From NCBI GenBank assembly GCA_002269645.1, contig NIVC01000474.1, positions 1 through 64,000 on the forward strand: a DNA stretch of 64,000 nucleotides. The letters run 5' to 3'. The stretch is from Macrostomum lignano (lineage: Eukaryota). The notes beneath the pieces were generated by a model. The model did no database searches. It was not told the origin of the DNA and saw only the letters and a list, made by a program, of their open reading frames with translations. Positions 12,841 to 26,770 of this stretch are shown here, piece by piece (the stretch's first letter is position 1; every line of letters starts with the position of its first letter). A program made the position numbers and the translations under genes.

Positions 12841-13744
12841 CTCATCTTCATTCTCAATCCTCCCTTTCTCCTAACCTAGCTGATCAAGGAAGTCACCGCG
12901 AACTCTGCGAACCCCCCCCCCTAGCCGCGGCACCTAAATGAGATTTCTGCCTGCCCGTCTGTCTGTATTTTCTCAGTCTGCCTTTACCTAGGTCCCAAAA
13001 TTTGATGAGGACTGTTTAGGGTTATAGGATTCTGGCAGTTGGCAGTGAGCCAACCGAACGCCTCGATAGGTCCCAGGCTCGACCTTTATTATGGACTGGG
13101 GGATTTTCTGAGAATCCAGGCTTGGGGACCTTATCAACTTTGGGGCCTCAGAAACGGGCGTTCTTCAAGTTTCACTTCCAATTTGATCCCCTCCCTGTCC
13201 GGCTTGGGATCTCGGACCAGCATAAACTGGAATAATAAACGGATTCGGGAGACGTAGAAAAATTTCTACCCCAAAATATTTTCTCCGCCATCCCCCTCCA
13301 GCTGACGCACTTTCGTCGCAGTGTCGAAAAAAGCAGGGCTAACCAATAATCCAAGAAAATGCCGGGTCTTCTGCAGCTTTCTATTTTCTAGAAGCTGTTG
13401 GAAGATTTTTTTGAAAAAAGGAAACTTGGCGAATCGTTTAGATGGAAGAGGGGGGAAGGCAGACGGCCGTCCCGGATCTAGAACACCCAGGCGATAAACG
13501 GTTGTCACCTAGGCTGCTTGTGTAAATCAATGTTTTCGAAGCATTCTGCTAAGTCTGAGCGCACTAAGGGGCCTGGGCTGCGACTGGGACGAGAGATGGA
13601 GACGGAAACCAACGGCATGATTTACAACCTGACACTATCGTTTCAATTTGATGCGACTGAAAAAGTGCAGAAGGAGAGATCAGATTGAGGGAGATGGAAG
13701 CAGACGAGAGCAGTAGTCGGAGAGGGTGAGGATGAGAAGGAGAG

Positions 13745-13935
13745 GGCAAGCGAAGGATAAGGAGAGGTAAGGAGAGGGTGAGGAGAGGGTAAGGAGAGGG
13801 TAAGGAGAGGGTAAGGAGAGGGTAAGGATAGGGTAAGGAGAGGGTGAGCAGAGGGTAAGGAAAGGGTAAGGAGAAGGTAACAGGAGAGGGTAACAGGAGA
13901 GGGTAAGGAGAGGGTGAGGATAGGGTAAGGACTGA
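13745..13935. repeat. 11-bp purine-rich repeat (ggagagggtaa)
   Basis: Tandem copies. Confidence 0.85.
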
Positions 13936-13999
13936 GAGGGCGAATAGGAAAAGGCGAGACAAGGCCGAAGACGATGGAAGAGGGACTGCATGTTCAAAG

Positions 14000-14665
14000 A
14001 GCACAAGCTGCGGACACACGGATGGAGGGAGCCCGGGCTGCGGACACACGGATGGAGAGAGCCCGGGCTGCGGACACACGGATGGAGGGAGCGCAGGCTG
14101 CGGACACACGGATGTAGAGAGCACAAGCTGCGGACACACGGATGGAGGGAGCACAAGCTGCGGACACACGGATGGAGAGAGCCCGGGCTGCGGACACACG
14201 GATGGAAGGAAAGCACAGGCTGCGGACACACGGCTGGAAGGAAAGCACAGGCTGCGGACACACGGCTGGAAGGAAAGCACAGGCTGCGGACACACGGCTG
14301 GAAGGAAAGCACAGGCTGCGGACACACGGCTGGAAGGAAAGCACAGCCTGCGGACACACGGATGGAGAGAGCACAGGCTGCGGACACACGGATGGAGAGA
14401 GCACAGGCTGCGGACACACGGATGGAGAGAGCACAGGCTGCGGACACGGATGAAGAGAGCACAGGCTGCGGACACACGGCTGGAAGGAAAGCACAGGCTG
14501 CGGACACGGATGAAGAGAGCACAGGCTGCGGACACACGGATGGAGAGAGCACAGGCTGCGGACACACGGATGGAGAGCACAGGCTGCGGACACACGGCTG
14601 GAAGGAAAGCACAGGCTGCGGACACACGGATGGAGGGAGCACAGGCTGCGGACACAACACGGATG
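14000..14665. repeat. ~30-bp minisatellite (gcacaggctgcggacacacggatggagaga)
   Basis: About 21 tandem copies with variants. Confidence 0.95.
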
Positions 14666-15685
14666 TAGAGAGCGCAGGAAGAGAGAGGCGGAGGTGAAGG
14701 AGGCAGAGTATGAGAGAAGCCGAGATGGAAGCCCCGCAGTGCATAATTCCAATGCCATAAAAAGCACTTTTTTATAGTATCGGCTTCCACTTTGCTTGCC
14801 TGTATCAAATATTAGCTCGGATCCATAATATTTTATAGATCTTCAGCAGCCATAAAATGCAACTATAGGAGGACAATAAGCTCGATATTGGTATTATACC
14901 GTTCACCGTTGCATTTGGACTAGGGAAAATGCATTGAAGAGAGGAAGGAAGAAGGGTCCATTTACCCCAATGTAGCACGCTTGCCAGTCACCATTGGCAC
15001 TTTTCTAGGTCGATAAAACTGATAAAGCCTCAGTTTGAGCCCCTTTAAAAATTGTACGTTCTGACACGAATTTAACTTCTAGGGGTTCTTAGTCGCTACT
15101 AAAAGTAGTCTACTGAGCAGCTCTTTTAATATAAAAAATTTTTGAAACTAGAAAGAGCAACAGGCATTAGACAGGACCGGTGTGACCGAAACCAATTAGA
15201 TAGAATGAGTTGAGGGTTGAGAACTGAGTCTTGAGATGAAGCTGTGAGTATAAAAAAATAGAATGACAGACATATGGCAAGAGAGAGAGAGGTTTGTGTT
15301 TAAAGTCGACTCCCCTAGAAGAGACTAGAAGAATTACTTGCTGGCAACTCTTGCCCTAAAAGCCTAGAAACACTCTCTGCTGAATGAAAGAAAATGAAAA
15401 AGGCAGGGAGATAGCCAGGTTAAGAAGAATGGAAAATTGAATCTGGCCATCGCCTAACAGTAACTACTGCAGCTGGTTGAGGGCGCTGGTTGCCCTTAAC
15501 ACCGGAATATTCTGCCTTGCGCAAAGAATGAGACAGAAAGACAGGGAGAGAGAGAGAGTGAAGACAGTAACAGTAAAAAGACGAACATCTCATCGAAACG
15601 CCGCGAGTTTTTATAGGAAGCCTATTCTCTACAATCTTTCTTCCGCAGGCGTTTTTCGCTAAAGCTTGGTACAGCACAGCACAGC

Positions 15686-16050
<365 letters not shown>

Positions 16051-16064
16051 ACAGCCAGGCAGAG

Positions 16065-19000
16065 ATGCCAATGCCGCTGATACCCCAGCGCCCGGTTTAC
16101 CCATCAGCAAGCCCGGCCGAGGCAATCCTGGCCGGCTATTTCGCCCAGGTGCGCTACCTGCTGCAGACTGGCGGTCGGGGAGCAGCGGACACGCGGGAGC
16201 CGCTTGCAGGCGGCCGGACGCCTTTGATTCTGTGCTCGCTGGTCCGCGACCGCTGCTGGTCAGTCAGCCTGGCCCGCTTGCTGTTGGAGAAGGGCGCGAA
16301 AGTCGGACTGAAGGATCGCAGAGGAATGAACGCGCTGCACTACGCCTGCGCTCACGGTCGGGAGGAGCTGGCCGAGCTGTTCCTGCAGGCCATCGACTAT
16401 CGGGTTGACGCGGCCGATGGCTACAGGAATTCGGCGATGCACTACGCGGTCAGGGGAGGCCGCCTGCGGGTTGTCGAAGCTCTCGCCAAGGTGCTGCAGC
16501 GGCTGCAGCTGCCCGTTAGTCCACCGAACCGAGAGGGCGTCACCCCGCTGATGCTGGCCTACATGGCTGATAAGATGGACATCGCGGCCAAGCTGCTGGA
16601 GGCCGGGGCCGACGCAGACGCGGTGGACGCCTTCGGTAAAGCGACGTCCGTCTATCGGAGAGAAGCTGAGGAGCGACTGCGCGATGCAGAGGAGGCGGCC
16701 GCCGCCAAGGTGAGTTAAAGGAATTCCGCTGATGCCCGACCACGCACAGGTACATGAATACGTAAGCAAGCACGCGCTCACACAGGGTGTACGTGTACAG
16801 CGGTACAGCGGTGAAGGGTCAGTAGGATAAGGTGAAAGATCAGTAGGATAGGGTGAATGATCAGTAGGATAGGGTGAAGGGTCAGTAGGATAGGGTGAAC
16901 AGTCAGTAGGATAGTGTGAATGATCAGTAGGATAGGGTGAAGGGTCAGTAGGATAGGGTGAAGGGTCAGTAGGATAGGGTGAAGGGTCAGTAGGATAGGG
17001 TGAAGAGTCAGTAGGATAGGGTGAAGGGTCAGTAGGATAGGGTGAAGGGTCAGTAGGATAGGGTGAAGGGTCAGTAGGATAGGGTGAAGGGTCAGTAGGA
17101 TAGGGTGAACGGTCAGTAGGATAGGGTGAAGGGTCAGTAGGATAGGGTGAAGGGTCAGTAGGATAGGGTGAAGGGTCAGTAGGATAGGGTGAACGGTCAG
17201 TAGGATAGGGTGAAGGATCAGTAGGATAGGGTGAACGGTCAGTAGGATAGTGTGAAGGATCAGTAGGATAGGGTGAAGGGTCAGTAGGATAGGGTGAAGG
17301 GTCAGTAGGATAGGGTGAAGGGTCAGTAGGATAGGGTGAAGGGTCAGTAGGATAGGGTGAAGGGTCAGTAAGATAGGGTGAAGGGTCAGTAGGATAGTGT
17401 GAAGGATCAGTAGGATAGGGTGAAGGGTCAGTAGGATAGGGTGAAGGGTCAGTAGGATAGGGTGAACGGTCAGTAGGATAGGGTGAAGGGTCAGTAGGAT
17501 AGGGTGAAGGGTCAGTAGGATAGTGTGAAGGATCAGTAGGATAGGGTGAAGGGTCAGTAGGATAGGGTGAACGGTCAGTAGGATAGGGTGAAGGGTCAGT
17601 AGGATAGGGTGAAGGATCAGTAGGATAGGGTGAATGATCAGTAGGATAGGGTGAAGGGTCAGTAGGATAGGGTGAACGGTCAGTAGCATAGGGTGAACGG
17701 TCAGTAGGATAGGGTGAAGGGTCAGTAGGATAGGGTGAACAGTCAGTAGGATAGTGTGAATGATCAGTAGGATAGGGTGAAGGGTCAGTAGGATAGGGTG
17801 AAGGGTCAGTAGGATAGGGTGAAGGGTCAGTAGGATAGGGTGAAGGGTCAGTAGGATAGGGTGAAGGGTCAGTAGGATAGGGTGAAGGGTCAGTAGGATA
17901 GGGTGAAGGGTCAGTAGGATAGGGTGAAGAGTCAGTAGGATAGGGTGAAGGGTCAGTAGGATAGGGTGAAGGGTCAGTAGGATAGGGTGAAGGGTCAGTA
18001 GGATAGGGTGAAGGGTCAGTAGGATAGGGTGAACGGTCAGTAGGATAGGGTGAAGGGTCAGTAGGATAGGGTGAAGGGTCAGTAGGATAGGGTGAAGGGT
18101 CAGTAGGATAGGGTGAACGGTCAGTAGGATAGGGTGAAGGGTCAGTAGGATAGGGTGAAGGGTCAGTAGGATAGGGTGAAGGGTCAGTAAGATAGGGTGA
18201 AGGGTCAGTAGGATAGTGTGAAGGATCAGTAGGATAGGGTGAAGGGTCAGTAGGATAGGGTGAAGGGTCAGTAGGATAGGGTGAACGGTCAGTAGGATAG
18301 GGTGAAGGGTCAGTAGGATAGGGTGAAGGGTCAGTAGGATAGTGTGAAGGATCAGTAGGATAGGGTGAAGGGTCAGTAGGATAGGGTGAACGGTCAGTAG
18401 GATAGGGTGAAGGGTCAGTAGGATAGGGTGAACAGTCAGTTGGATAGGGTGAAGGGTCAGTAGGATAGGGTGAAGGGTCAGTAGGATAGGGTGAAGGGTC
18501 AGTAGGATAGGGTGAACAGTCAGTTGGATAGGGTGAAGGGTCAGTAGGATAGGGTGAACAGTCAGTAGGATAGGGTGAAGGGTCAGTAGGATAGGGTGAA
18601 GGGTCAGTAGGATAGGGTGAAGGGTCAGTAGGATAGGGTGAAGGGTCAGTAGGCCCTAAGAGAGAGAGAGAGAGGAACGAGGAGATGTGGTGCCACAGCC
18701 GCGCTACTGTTAAATCTCTGAAACGTAACATCCGCCCCCGCCCTCCTGAAGGCCGCTGGCCGGAAGCTCCGCTTCGACGACGTGGACGGATGGCGGCGCT
18801 ACCAGAACCGGCTGCGGTCCGCGCCTGCTGGCCGGCGCTGCGCTTCTGCCCTGTCGGCCGCTTCAACAGTCGGCACCGCGGCCACGACAAACGCAGCTTC
18901 TAGCGGAGGTTCAACCTTCAAAGAGGCGCAGCGGCAGCTACGCAGGACCCGGATGTACCAGCCGGAATCCGCCGAACTCATCGAGGCGGCCTCGCCGCTG

Positions 19001-19663
19001 GATCGGCACAACAATCCCGGAGAGGTGTTCCGGACGACGCCCGCCGAATTCTTTGGACCGACGGCTCGCCAGCAGCAGCAGCAGCAGCACCTCAGCATCA
19101 GCGGCGTTCGCGTCCCATCTGCGTCGACAGGAGCGGCCAGGCGCCCTCGCGCCCGATCTGCGGCGCCGTCGAGTCGCCAGTGTCGCCATGGAAACGACAG
19201 CGACAGCGACTCGGACCGGTCCAGAGACTCTCGCGAGATTCGGCAGCTCCGGCCGTCGGCGGCTAGACGGCGAGATTTCGGCGCCAGCGACAGCCTGACG
19301 ATGGCGCGCCTGTTCCACGACTACGAGTTCCACTGCTCGTCGCTTTATCGACCGCCCCCGAAGCCGGCCGACCCGACGATGTACGTGCACGACTTCGCCG
19401 CTCGCTACTTGTCGCCGTCGCTAACCGACGCAGACGGAAGCGGCGCCGGCGCTGGCGGCAGCGAGGCCGGCGGAGGCGGCGGTCGGCGTAAGAAGGAGGC
19501 GGCCGGGGTGGGCCGGAAAGGCAAGCGAGGGCCGGCGGCGTCGGCGGCGGCCACTGCAACTGCGGCAGCGGCGATGTTCACGGCAGAGTCGGTCAAGAAG
19601 AAGGCGACGGGCGGCGGGGCGGCGGGTCGGATGAGCCGGGCAGCATTCAGTCGGGAGGAATAG
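16065..19663 (+). CDS. Ankyrin-repeat protein, ANKRD63/ANKRD34-like; exons 16065..16709 and 18752..19663 (~518 aa)
   Basis: Ankyrin motifs [64 protein letters not shown]. Donor AAG|gtgagt and acceptor ctgaag|GCC are both phase 0. The C-terminal exon is low-complexity. The start codon is tentative. Confidence 0.8.
16812..18652. repeat. 21-bp intronic minisatellite (gggtcagtaggatagggtgaa)
   Basis: About 87 copies filling the ankyrin-gene intron. Confidence 0.95.
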
Positions 19664-19962
19664 CATATGGATTGCAAACTCTGTTGGGATAAAAAGACCT
19701 TTAAATTGACAATCTTTGCTTGCTGCACTGTGAAACAACTCTCTGCTTTTGACTATCAGCGTCTTAGAGTAGCCCACGCACCTTTGAATACTTATATGAA
19801 CTAAACTCTATTGTACATGCTAAAAATGAACTCTGTACATTTCTGTATTAAAATTATAAACACTCCATTCTCACTCAGTTACAACAATCCTGCGAAAATG
19901 ACTGAATTCATAAGTCAGTCTCGCGCTGGTTGAGATTCTTTTATTTGCTGAATTGACAAAAG

Positions 19963-21148
19963 TTGGATGAGAGACGCTTCTCTGACACTCAGGGGTGAGA
20001 TTGGAGACGCTTCTCTGACACTCAGGGGTGAGATTGGAGACGCTTCTCTGACACTTAGGGGTGAGATTGGAGACGCTTCTCTGACACTCAGGGGTGAGAT
20101 TGGAGGCGCTTCTCTGACACTCAGGGGTGAGATTGGAGACGCTTCTCTGACACTCAGGGGTGAGATTGGAGACGCTTCTCTGACACTCAGGGGTGAGATT
20201 GGAGGCGCTTCTCTGACACTCAGGGGTGAGATTGGAGGCGCTTCTCTGACACTCAGGGTGAGATTGGAGGCGCTTCTCTGACACTCAGGGTGAGATTGGA
20301 GACGCTTCTCTGACACTCAGGGGTGAGATTGGAGGCACTTCTCTGACACTCAGGGGTGAGATTGGAGACGCTTCTCTGACACTCAGGGGTGAGATTGGAG
20401 ACGCTTCTCTGACACTCAGGGGTGAGATTGGAGGCGCTTCTCTGACACTCAGGGGTGAGATTGGAGACGCTTCTCTGACACTCAGGGGTGAGATTGGAGA
20501 CGCTTCTCTGACACTTAGGGGTGAGTTTGGAGGCGCTTCTCTGACACTCAGGGGTGAGATTGGAGACGCTTCTCTGACACTCAGGGGTGAGATTGGAGGC
20601 GCTTCTCTGACACTCAGGGGTGAGATTGGAGACGCTTCTCTGACACTCAGGGGTGAGATTGGAGACGCTTCTCTGACACTCAGGGGTGAGATTGGAGGCG
20701 CTTCTCTGACACTCAGGGAGGAGATGGGGTGAGATTGGAGGCGCTTCTCTGACACTCAGGGAGGAGATGGGGTGAGATTGGAGGCGCTTCTCTGACACTC
20801 AGGGAGGAGATGGGGTGAGATTGGAGGCGCTTCTCTGACACTCAGGGAGGAGATGGGGTGAGATTGGAGACGCTTCTCTGACACTTAGGGGTGAGATTGG
20901 AGGCGCTTCTCTGACACTCAGGGAGGAGATGGGGTGAGATTGGAGGCGCTTCTCTGACACTCAGGGAGGAGATGGGGTGAGATTGGAGGCGCTTCTCTGA
21001 CACTCAGGGAGGAGATGGGGTGAGATTGGAGACGCTTCTCTGACACTCAGGGGTGAGATTGGAGGCGCTTCTCTGACACTCAGGGAGGAGATGGGGTGAG
21101 ATTGGAGACGCTTCTCTGACACTTAGGGGTGAGATTGGAGGCGCTTTT
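19963..21148. repeat. 33-bp minisatellite (ggagacgcttctctgacactcaggggtgagatt) with a longer variant in the distal part
   Basis: Tandem copies; the 11-aa period of the spurious ORFs equals one unit. Confidence 0.95.
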
Positions 21149-21575
21149 AACCTACCGAATCTGCTTTTTATTTGTCATGGAAAAAGTTACAAAATAAAAG
21201 AAACAATGCAAAAAGCAGGCAAGCATAGAAGTGCTGAATCAAAGCCTGAACAATAGCAACACAAATCAAATCAAATCAAAACACAGTGTTGAAGGGCAAA
21301 ATGACACAACACTCAACTGTAGCGCTAGAATGTGACAAAAATATCGCCACACAGCCGTAGGCAGTGATAGGACTAGACAGAAAATATAGAAAAGAAGAAA
21401 AGAAAATTCCAGTAAAATTTTTCCTGTAAAAGTAGTATAGATTGCGCGCTTGTGTAGAAATTTAATAAATTTAATGTGAAAAGAAAAAATGTGGACAATT
21501 TAAAAGTTTTTCTTGGAAATTTCATGTTTGAATGAATAAAAATTGTTGGCGGAAACCTCAAATCACAGTTTTCAT

Positions 21576-23065
21576 TCAGGCTCCGTTCGTGTCTTGGTGA
21601 TACTCGCGAATCACTGAGCCTTCCTGCCGGTTCGCTCGAAGTCTCATCTTTGAAAAAAATGGCAGTAAAAATCACATTCACTGTTTCACATTCACTATCT
21701 GTGCTTCACATTCCCTATCTGTGTTTCACAATCACTATTCACTATCTGTGTTTCACATTCACTATCTGTGTTTCACATTCACTATCTGTGTTTCACATTC
21801 ACTATCTGTGTTTCACATTCACTATCTGTGTTTCACATTCACTATCTGTGTTTCACATTCACTATCTGTGTTTCACATTCACTATCTGTGTTTCACATTG
21901 ACTATCTGTGTTTCACATTCACTATCTGTGTTCCACATTCACTACCTGTGTTTCACATTCACTATATGCGTTTCACATTGACTAATCTGTGTTCTACATT
22001 CACTACCTGTGTTTCACTCACTACACTGTATCTGTGTTTCACATTCCCTGTCTTCCCTAATAAACTCTCACCATCAGGGCGGCCAGAGTCGCCTTCTTCC
22101 TGACAACCGGGTTCAGGTAGAATAAGAAGAAATTAACGGTGCCTGAAAGATTGAATTGAGTTCAAATGTAACCGTTTTTTGAGTAACGGGGATTTGGAGA
22201 CAGGGGGTTGGAAAGGTCATTTGAGGACGCGAAGGGTGAGAAAGTTCAGTTGAGGACACGGGAGTTGGGAAAGGTCAGTTGAGGACACGGGGTGAGAAAG
22301 GTCAGTTGAGGACGCGAAGGGTGAGAAAGTTCAGTTGAGGACACGGGAGTTGAGAAAGGTCAGTTGAGGACACGGGGATGAGAAAGGCCAGTTGAGGACA
22401 CGGGGATGAGAAAGGCCAGTTGAGGACACGGGGATGAGAAAGGCCAGTTGAGGACACGGGGGTGAGAAAGGCCAGTTGAGGACACGGGAATGAAAAAGGC
22501 CAGTTGAGGACACGGGGTGAGAAAGGTCATTTGAGGAAAAGTCGGTTGAAGACGCGAAGGGTGAGAAAGTTCAGTTGAGGACACGGGAGTTGGGAAAGGT
22601 CAGTTGAGGACACGGGAGTTTGGAAAGGTCAGTTGAGGACACGGGGGTGAGAAAGGTCAGTTGAGGACACGGGAGTTGGGAAAGGTCAGTTGAGGACACG
22701 GGAGTTGGGAAAGGTCAGTTGAGGACACGGAGATGAGAAAGGCCAGTTGAGGACATCGTTAGGAAAGGTCAGCTAAGGACACTGGGGTTGGGAAAAGACA
22801 CGAAGATAACTGAGCATAGCAAAATGCTCAAGTTTTTCATCACGCACCGATAATTGGTGCCGAAACCGCGCTCAAGATGAAGAGCGGAAAGCTGGGCTGG
22901 TCAGGATTAACCGCATTGCTGATCCTATTAGCCAGAGGCAGCATCTCCAGAGCTAGGAATACGCACGGGTAAGCCAGCAGAGGGTACACCTGCTCCCTGT
23001 GCACCGATGCGGCTGAGGCTGCCAGATCGCTGGACGCCCCGTCGACTCCTCCGGCGTCCCAGCCA

Positions 23066-23098
<33 letters not shown>

Positions 23099-24695
23099 AC
23101 TCCGACTCCGTCGAGGGAGTCGCGTCGAAGTCGCACCAAAATGATAGCGTAGGCAGCCAGCATGCCCAGCAGGAGGGCGATGGCCGGGACGAACCAGACG
23201 GCCATGCGCCAGGCGGTGTCCGTCACCCAGCACCAGGCGCCGGCGGGGCCATAGGTGCCGGACTTGGCGAGCGGCAGCAGGGCCGGCAGTAGCGGTGCGA
23301 TGAAGCAGACGGCCACGTATAGGCTAGTTTGGAGGGGATGTAGGGGTCAGCTAAGGACACGGAGATTGGATAGGTCAGCTGAGGACACGGAGATTGGATA
23401 GGTCAGCTGAGGACACGGAGATTGGATAGGTCAGCTGAGGACACGGAGACTGGATAGGTTAGCTGAGGACACGAGACTGGATAGGTTAGCTGGGGACACG
23501 AGACTGGATAGGTCAGCTGAGGACACGCAGATTGGATAGGTCAGCTGAGGACACGCAGACTGGATGATAGGTCAGCTGAGGACACGGAGATTGGATGGGT
23601 CAGCTGTCGAATTTGAATGTGTGAAATGTCAGTAGGATAATAAGAATCTTTGATAATTAGATAATTGGAGAAGTTATTTCAGGACATAAGGGTCAGTAAT
23701 GACACGGAGGATGCAAATCCCAATCAAGTATTTGACCAACTGTCACTCAAAACTATAGTGAGAAAATATCTAAAAAAGAACTTGCTCTGTCTGTTTGGTA
23801 AAATGTTGAATCTCTTGAAATTGCAAATTCATTGTGTTTATCAATTTTTTAATTTGTAATTAAACTTACAGCTCAAATCTATCAGTAATTGTAGACTTGA
23901 CAGTGTAAAAGAACAAATAAACAGTTATTGAGGCTACCCACAGAAGAACATTCCAATCTGAAATTCAAAAAGGCAACACTAGGTTTATAAATCAATAAAG
24001 TTTATATGCTTATATAGGATGCACTAAATTGATTACCTGAATATGTAAGCCAGAATGCTTCCAGGATGCAAATTGGGCTATTTTCTTGAGGATGCCCCTT
24101 AAAAGTATAGAAGTAAGTGAAAATATTAATTAAAAATTAAAAAGCAGGATGCCTTGGTTGTCAAGTAAACTTACCAATAGATAAATCCCACTATCAAGAA
24201 AGATAGCAACTGTTAGATATATAATGAGCCTGTAGGAAAACTTCTGGTAGAACTTAAATATGTAAATGATGAATAGCAAGAGCAGACTGAAATTTGAGAG
24301 ATTAAGAGTATTTTACATGTAGGTATAGTCTTAAAAACAGTAAAAATAATACGCATTTAGTAATAAAAACATACCTTGATATTACAGACAAGGAGGCATT
24401 AATTCGCTTTATGAAAATAATTGCGTCCTGAAATGGAAAAGATGCTTTAAAGACTGTAAATATAGTTTTAAATATAAACCTCAACCTTAAACTCTAAAAA
24501 ATGAAACCAATATTCGATAATTAAAAACAATTACAGACATATTTTGATTCCATTGCTGGATTTAAATACAAAAACACAACTAAAAGACAATATAATTATT
24601 CAGTATTTACACTACACATCACTTACACATTTATCAGGCTCCGAAGGAAACAACAGACACTCTTCACGCTCTTGTGTTTCATTATTGGATATCAT
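21576..24695 (-). CDS. cAMP-receptor-like 7TM GPCR (Dicty CAR/CrlA/GPR157-like), 333 aa; exons 24627..24695, 24375..24427, 24175..24286, 24037..24097, 23870..23957, 22848..23323, 22072..22142, 21576..21647
   Basis: All seven introns are GT-AG with matching phases; total 1002 nt, open. Translation MISNNET...CLLFPSEPDKCDAIIFIKRINASLSVISSLLLLFIIYIFKFYQKFSYRLIIYLTVA...CILEAFWLTYSDWNVLLWVASIT...YGPAGAWCWV...LLAYPCVF...GTVNFFLFYLN. The terminal exon is less certain. Confidence 0.88.
21675..22050. repeat. 20-bp minisatellite (ttcacattcactatctgtgt) in GPCR intron 7
   Basis: Tandem copies. Confidence 0.95.
22190..22795. repeat. 28-29-bp minisatellite (gttgaggacacgggagttgggaaaggtca) in GPCR intron 6
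   Basis: Tandem copies with variants. Confidence 0.9.
23345..23605. repeat. 28-bp minisatellite (ggtcagctgaggacacggagattggata) in GPCR intron 5
   Basis: About 9 copies; related to the intron-6 array. Confidence 0.9.
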
Positions 24696-26304
24696 TCTGG
24701 ATTCTGATTACTATTAGATTGGGAATATACCAAATATCGCTAGTTAGCGTAGTTTGAATTAATTTTAATTATTTAAAAATAACCACTTAAAAACAACCAC
24801 TTCACAGACCAGCGATAATCTACAATACTGGTGTTATTAATCTCTACCAGTAAGGCAAATGGTAGTCAGAGCTTGAGCTATAGCTCATGAAACTTCGTCG
24901 AAAATAAAGTGTTCAAAAATAAATAAAGAATAAAGTAGCAATATTTCAAGATCTAATACTTACTTCATAAGTAGAAAAACGCCAATGTTTTTTCTCGCAA
25001 TTAGTAATTATTATTTTATTTCGTTAATTCAGTACTATATTCTACAGTTTGTTAAAGCCATTTTTATTTTTTCTATTATCGTAAACCCGGAAGAACGTTC
25101 ATTGTGCACAGCTATAAGTAAAGGCCCTCGGAGTTTAGTTCTAGATATGTTACTTTAGTTCTTAAGTAGACTGAAATCTTCTAACTATGATTAATATAAA
25201 TGTATTGGCTTACGTGCTATGCTAAATGTAATAAGTGGATCCTCAGACTTAAAAGTAGCAGTGGACCCGGCCTGGACAATGAAATTTACTACCTAAATTT
25301 CCTCGTACCATGCTTGCGTTATAAAGATATAAAACTAAAGCAAGAAACATACAGGTGCTTTAATCTGTACACTTGAGATTCAGAGATTTATTGACATTAC
25401 ATACTACATATTTGTATTTGTCGTATCGCTAGTAAATTCAGTATGATTTAGAGAACACAGCGCTGAGTGGGGCTTAATCATGCACAAATTCGGTCGAGAA
25501 TCATCCCCGCTAGAAAGAGCAGATTTCTCAAGAACATATTAAAAATGTACGAGCGATATAACAATATCAAATGGCCCCTTAATGAGACACCTGCAGTTTT
25601 TACACGTATTTTATTTATAATTCGTAGACAGAAACAACAAAGCTCTAAATTATTACTCGTACTTCTTAATCTTCTTAATCATATCTGAAACCCTGAAGTA
25701 TGAAATCTTTATCCTCGCACCTTACTACAGTACTTTATCTCCATCTAATTTCACTGTAAACTGATCAGCCAATACACGATGATAAATTGAATCTCGCAGC
25801 CTCTATATAGCATCGATGCCATATATTGAAATCAGCTTTGAGTGGGACTTGAGCCGAGAGATGTAGGGGGTGCAATAAAATCATAAAAATGATGAGGAAT
25901 GAACAGCAAGAGTGTTTCTGTCTCTCTGTCAGCCTCGCTGAAACTGCAGCTCATTATAACAACCCAACACGGATGGAGCGATGCTGTTGAGAGATGAGAT
26001 TGATAAGAAAAAAACTGATATTTTTCAATCTAAACTGGATTATACACTGCCTCAATTGAACTGCAATTTCGCTGAGTAGCTGTGCCTGATGGTAGTAGAC
26101 TGGCTGCGGAATCACAGATTAAAACTGATTTTTTACATTGTCTCCTTAACCCACTTAGCAACCAGACTGCACAGGCAAAGTCAGGTGTTTTTTAATCAAT
26201 TTAAAAACCATATCCGCGCAGCATTGCAGCCACATGGACATTAGCTGATAGCTTAGGAAACGAACACTAGGCAAAAAATGACTTTATTTGTAAAATTGGG
26301 TTGT

Positions 26305-26770
26305 TAGTAGCGCTAGATTGGGTTGTCAGTAGCGCTAGATTGGGCTGTCAGTAGCGCTAGATTGGGCTGTCAGTAGCGCTAGATTAGGCTGTCAGTAGCG
26401 CTAGATTAGGCTGTCAGTAGCGCTAGATTGGGTTGTCAGTAGCGCTAGATTGGGCTGTCAGTAGCGCTAGATTAGGCTGTCAGTAGCGCTAGATTGGGTT
26501 GTCTAGCGCTAGATTAGGCTGTCAGTAGCGCTAGATTGGGTTGTCTAGCGCTAGATTGGGTTGTCAGTAGCGCTAGATTGGGTTGTCAGTAGCGCTAGAT
26601 TTGACTGTCAGTGGCGCTAGATTGGGTTGTCAGTAGCGCTAGATTGGGTTGTCGGTAGCGCTAGATTGGGTTGTCAGTAGCGCTAGATTTGACTGTCAGT
26701 GGCGCTAGATTGGGTTGTCAGTAGCGCTAGATTGAGTTGTCAGTGACGCTAGATTTGACTGTCAGTGGCA
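26305..26770. repeat. 22-bp minisatellite (gtcagtagcgctagattgggtt)
   Basis: Tandem copies containing the palindrome tagcgcta. Confidence 0.95.
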
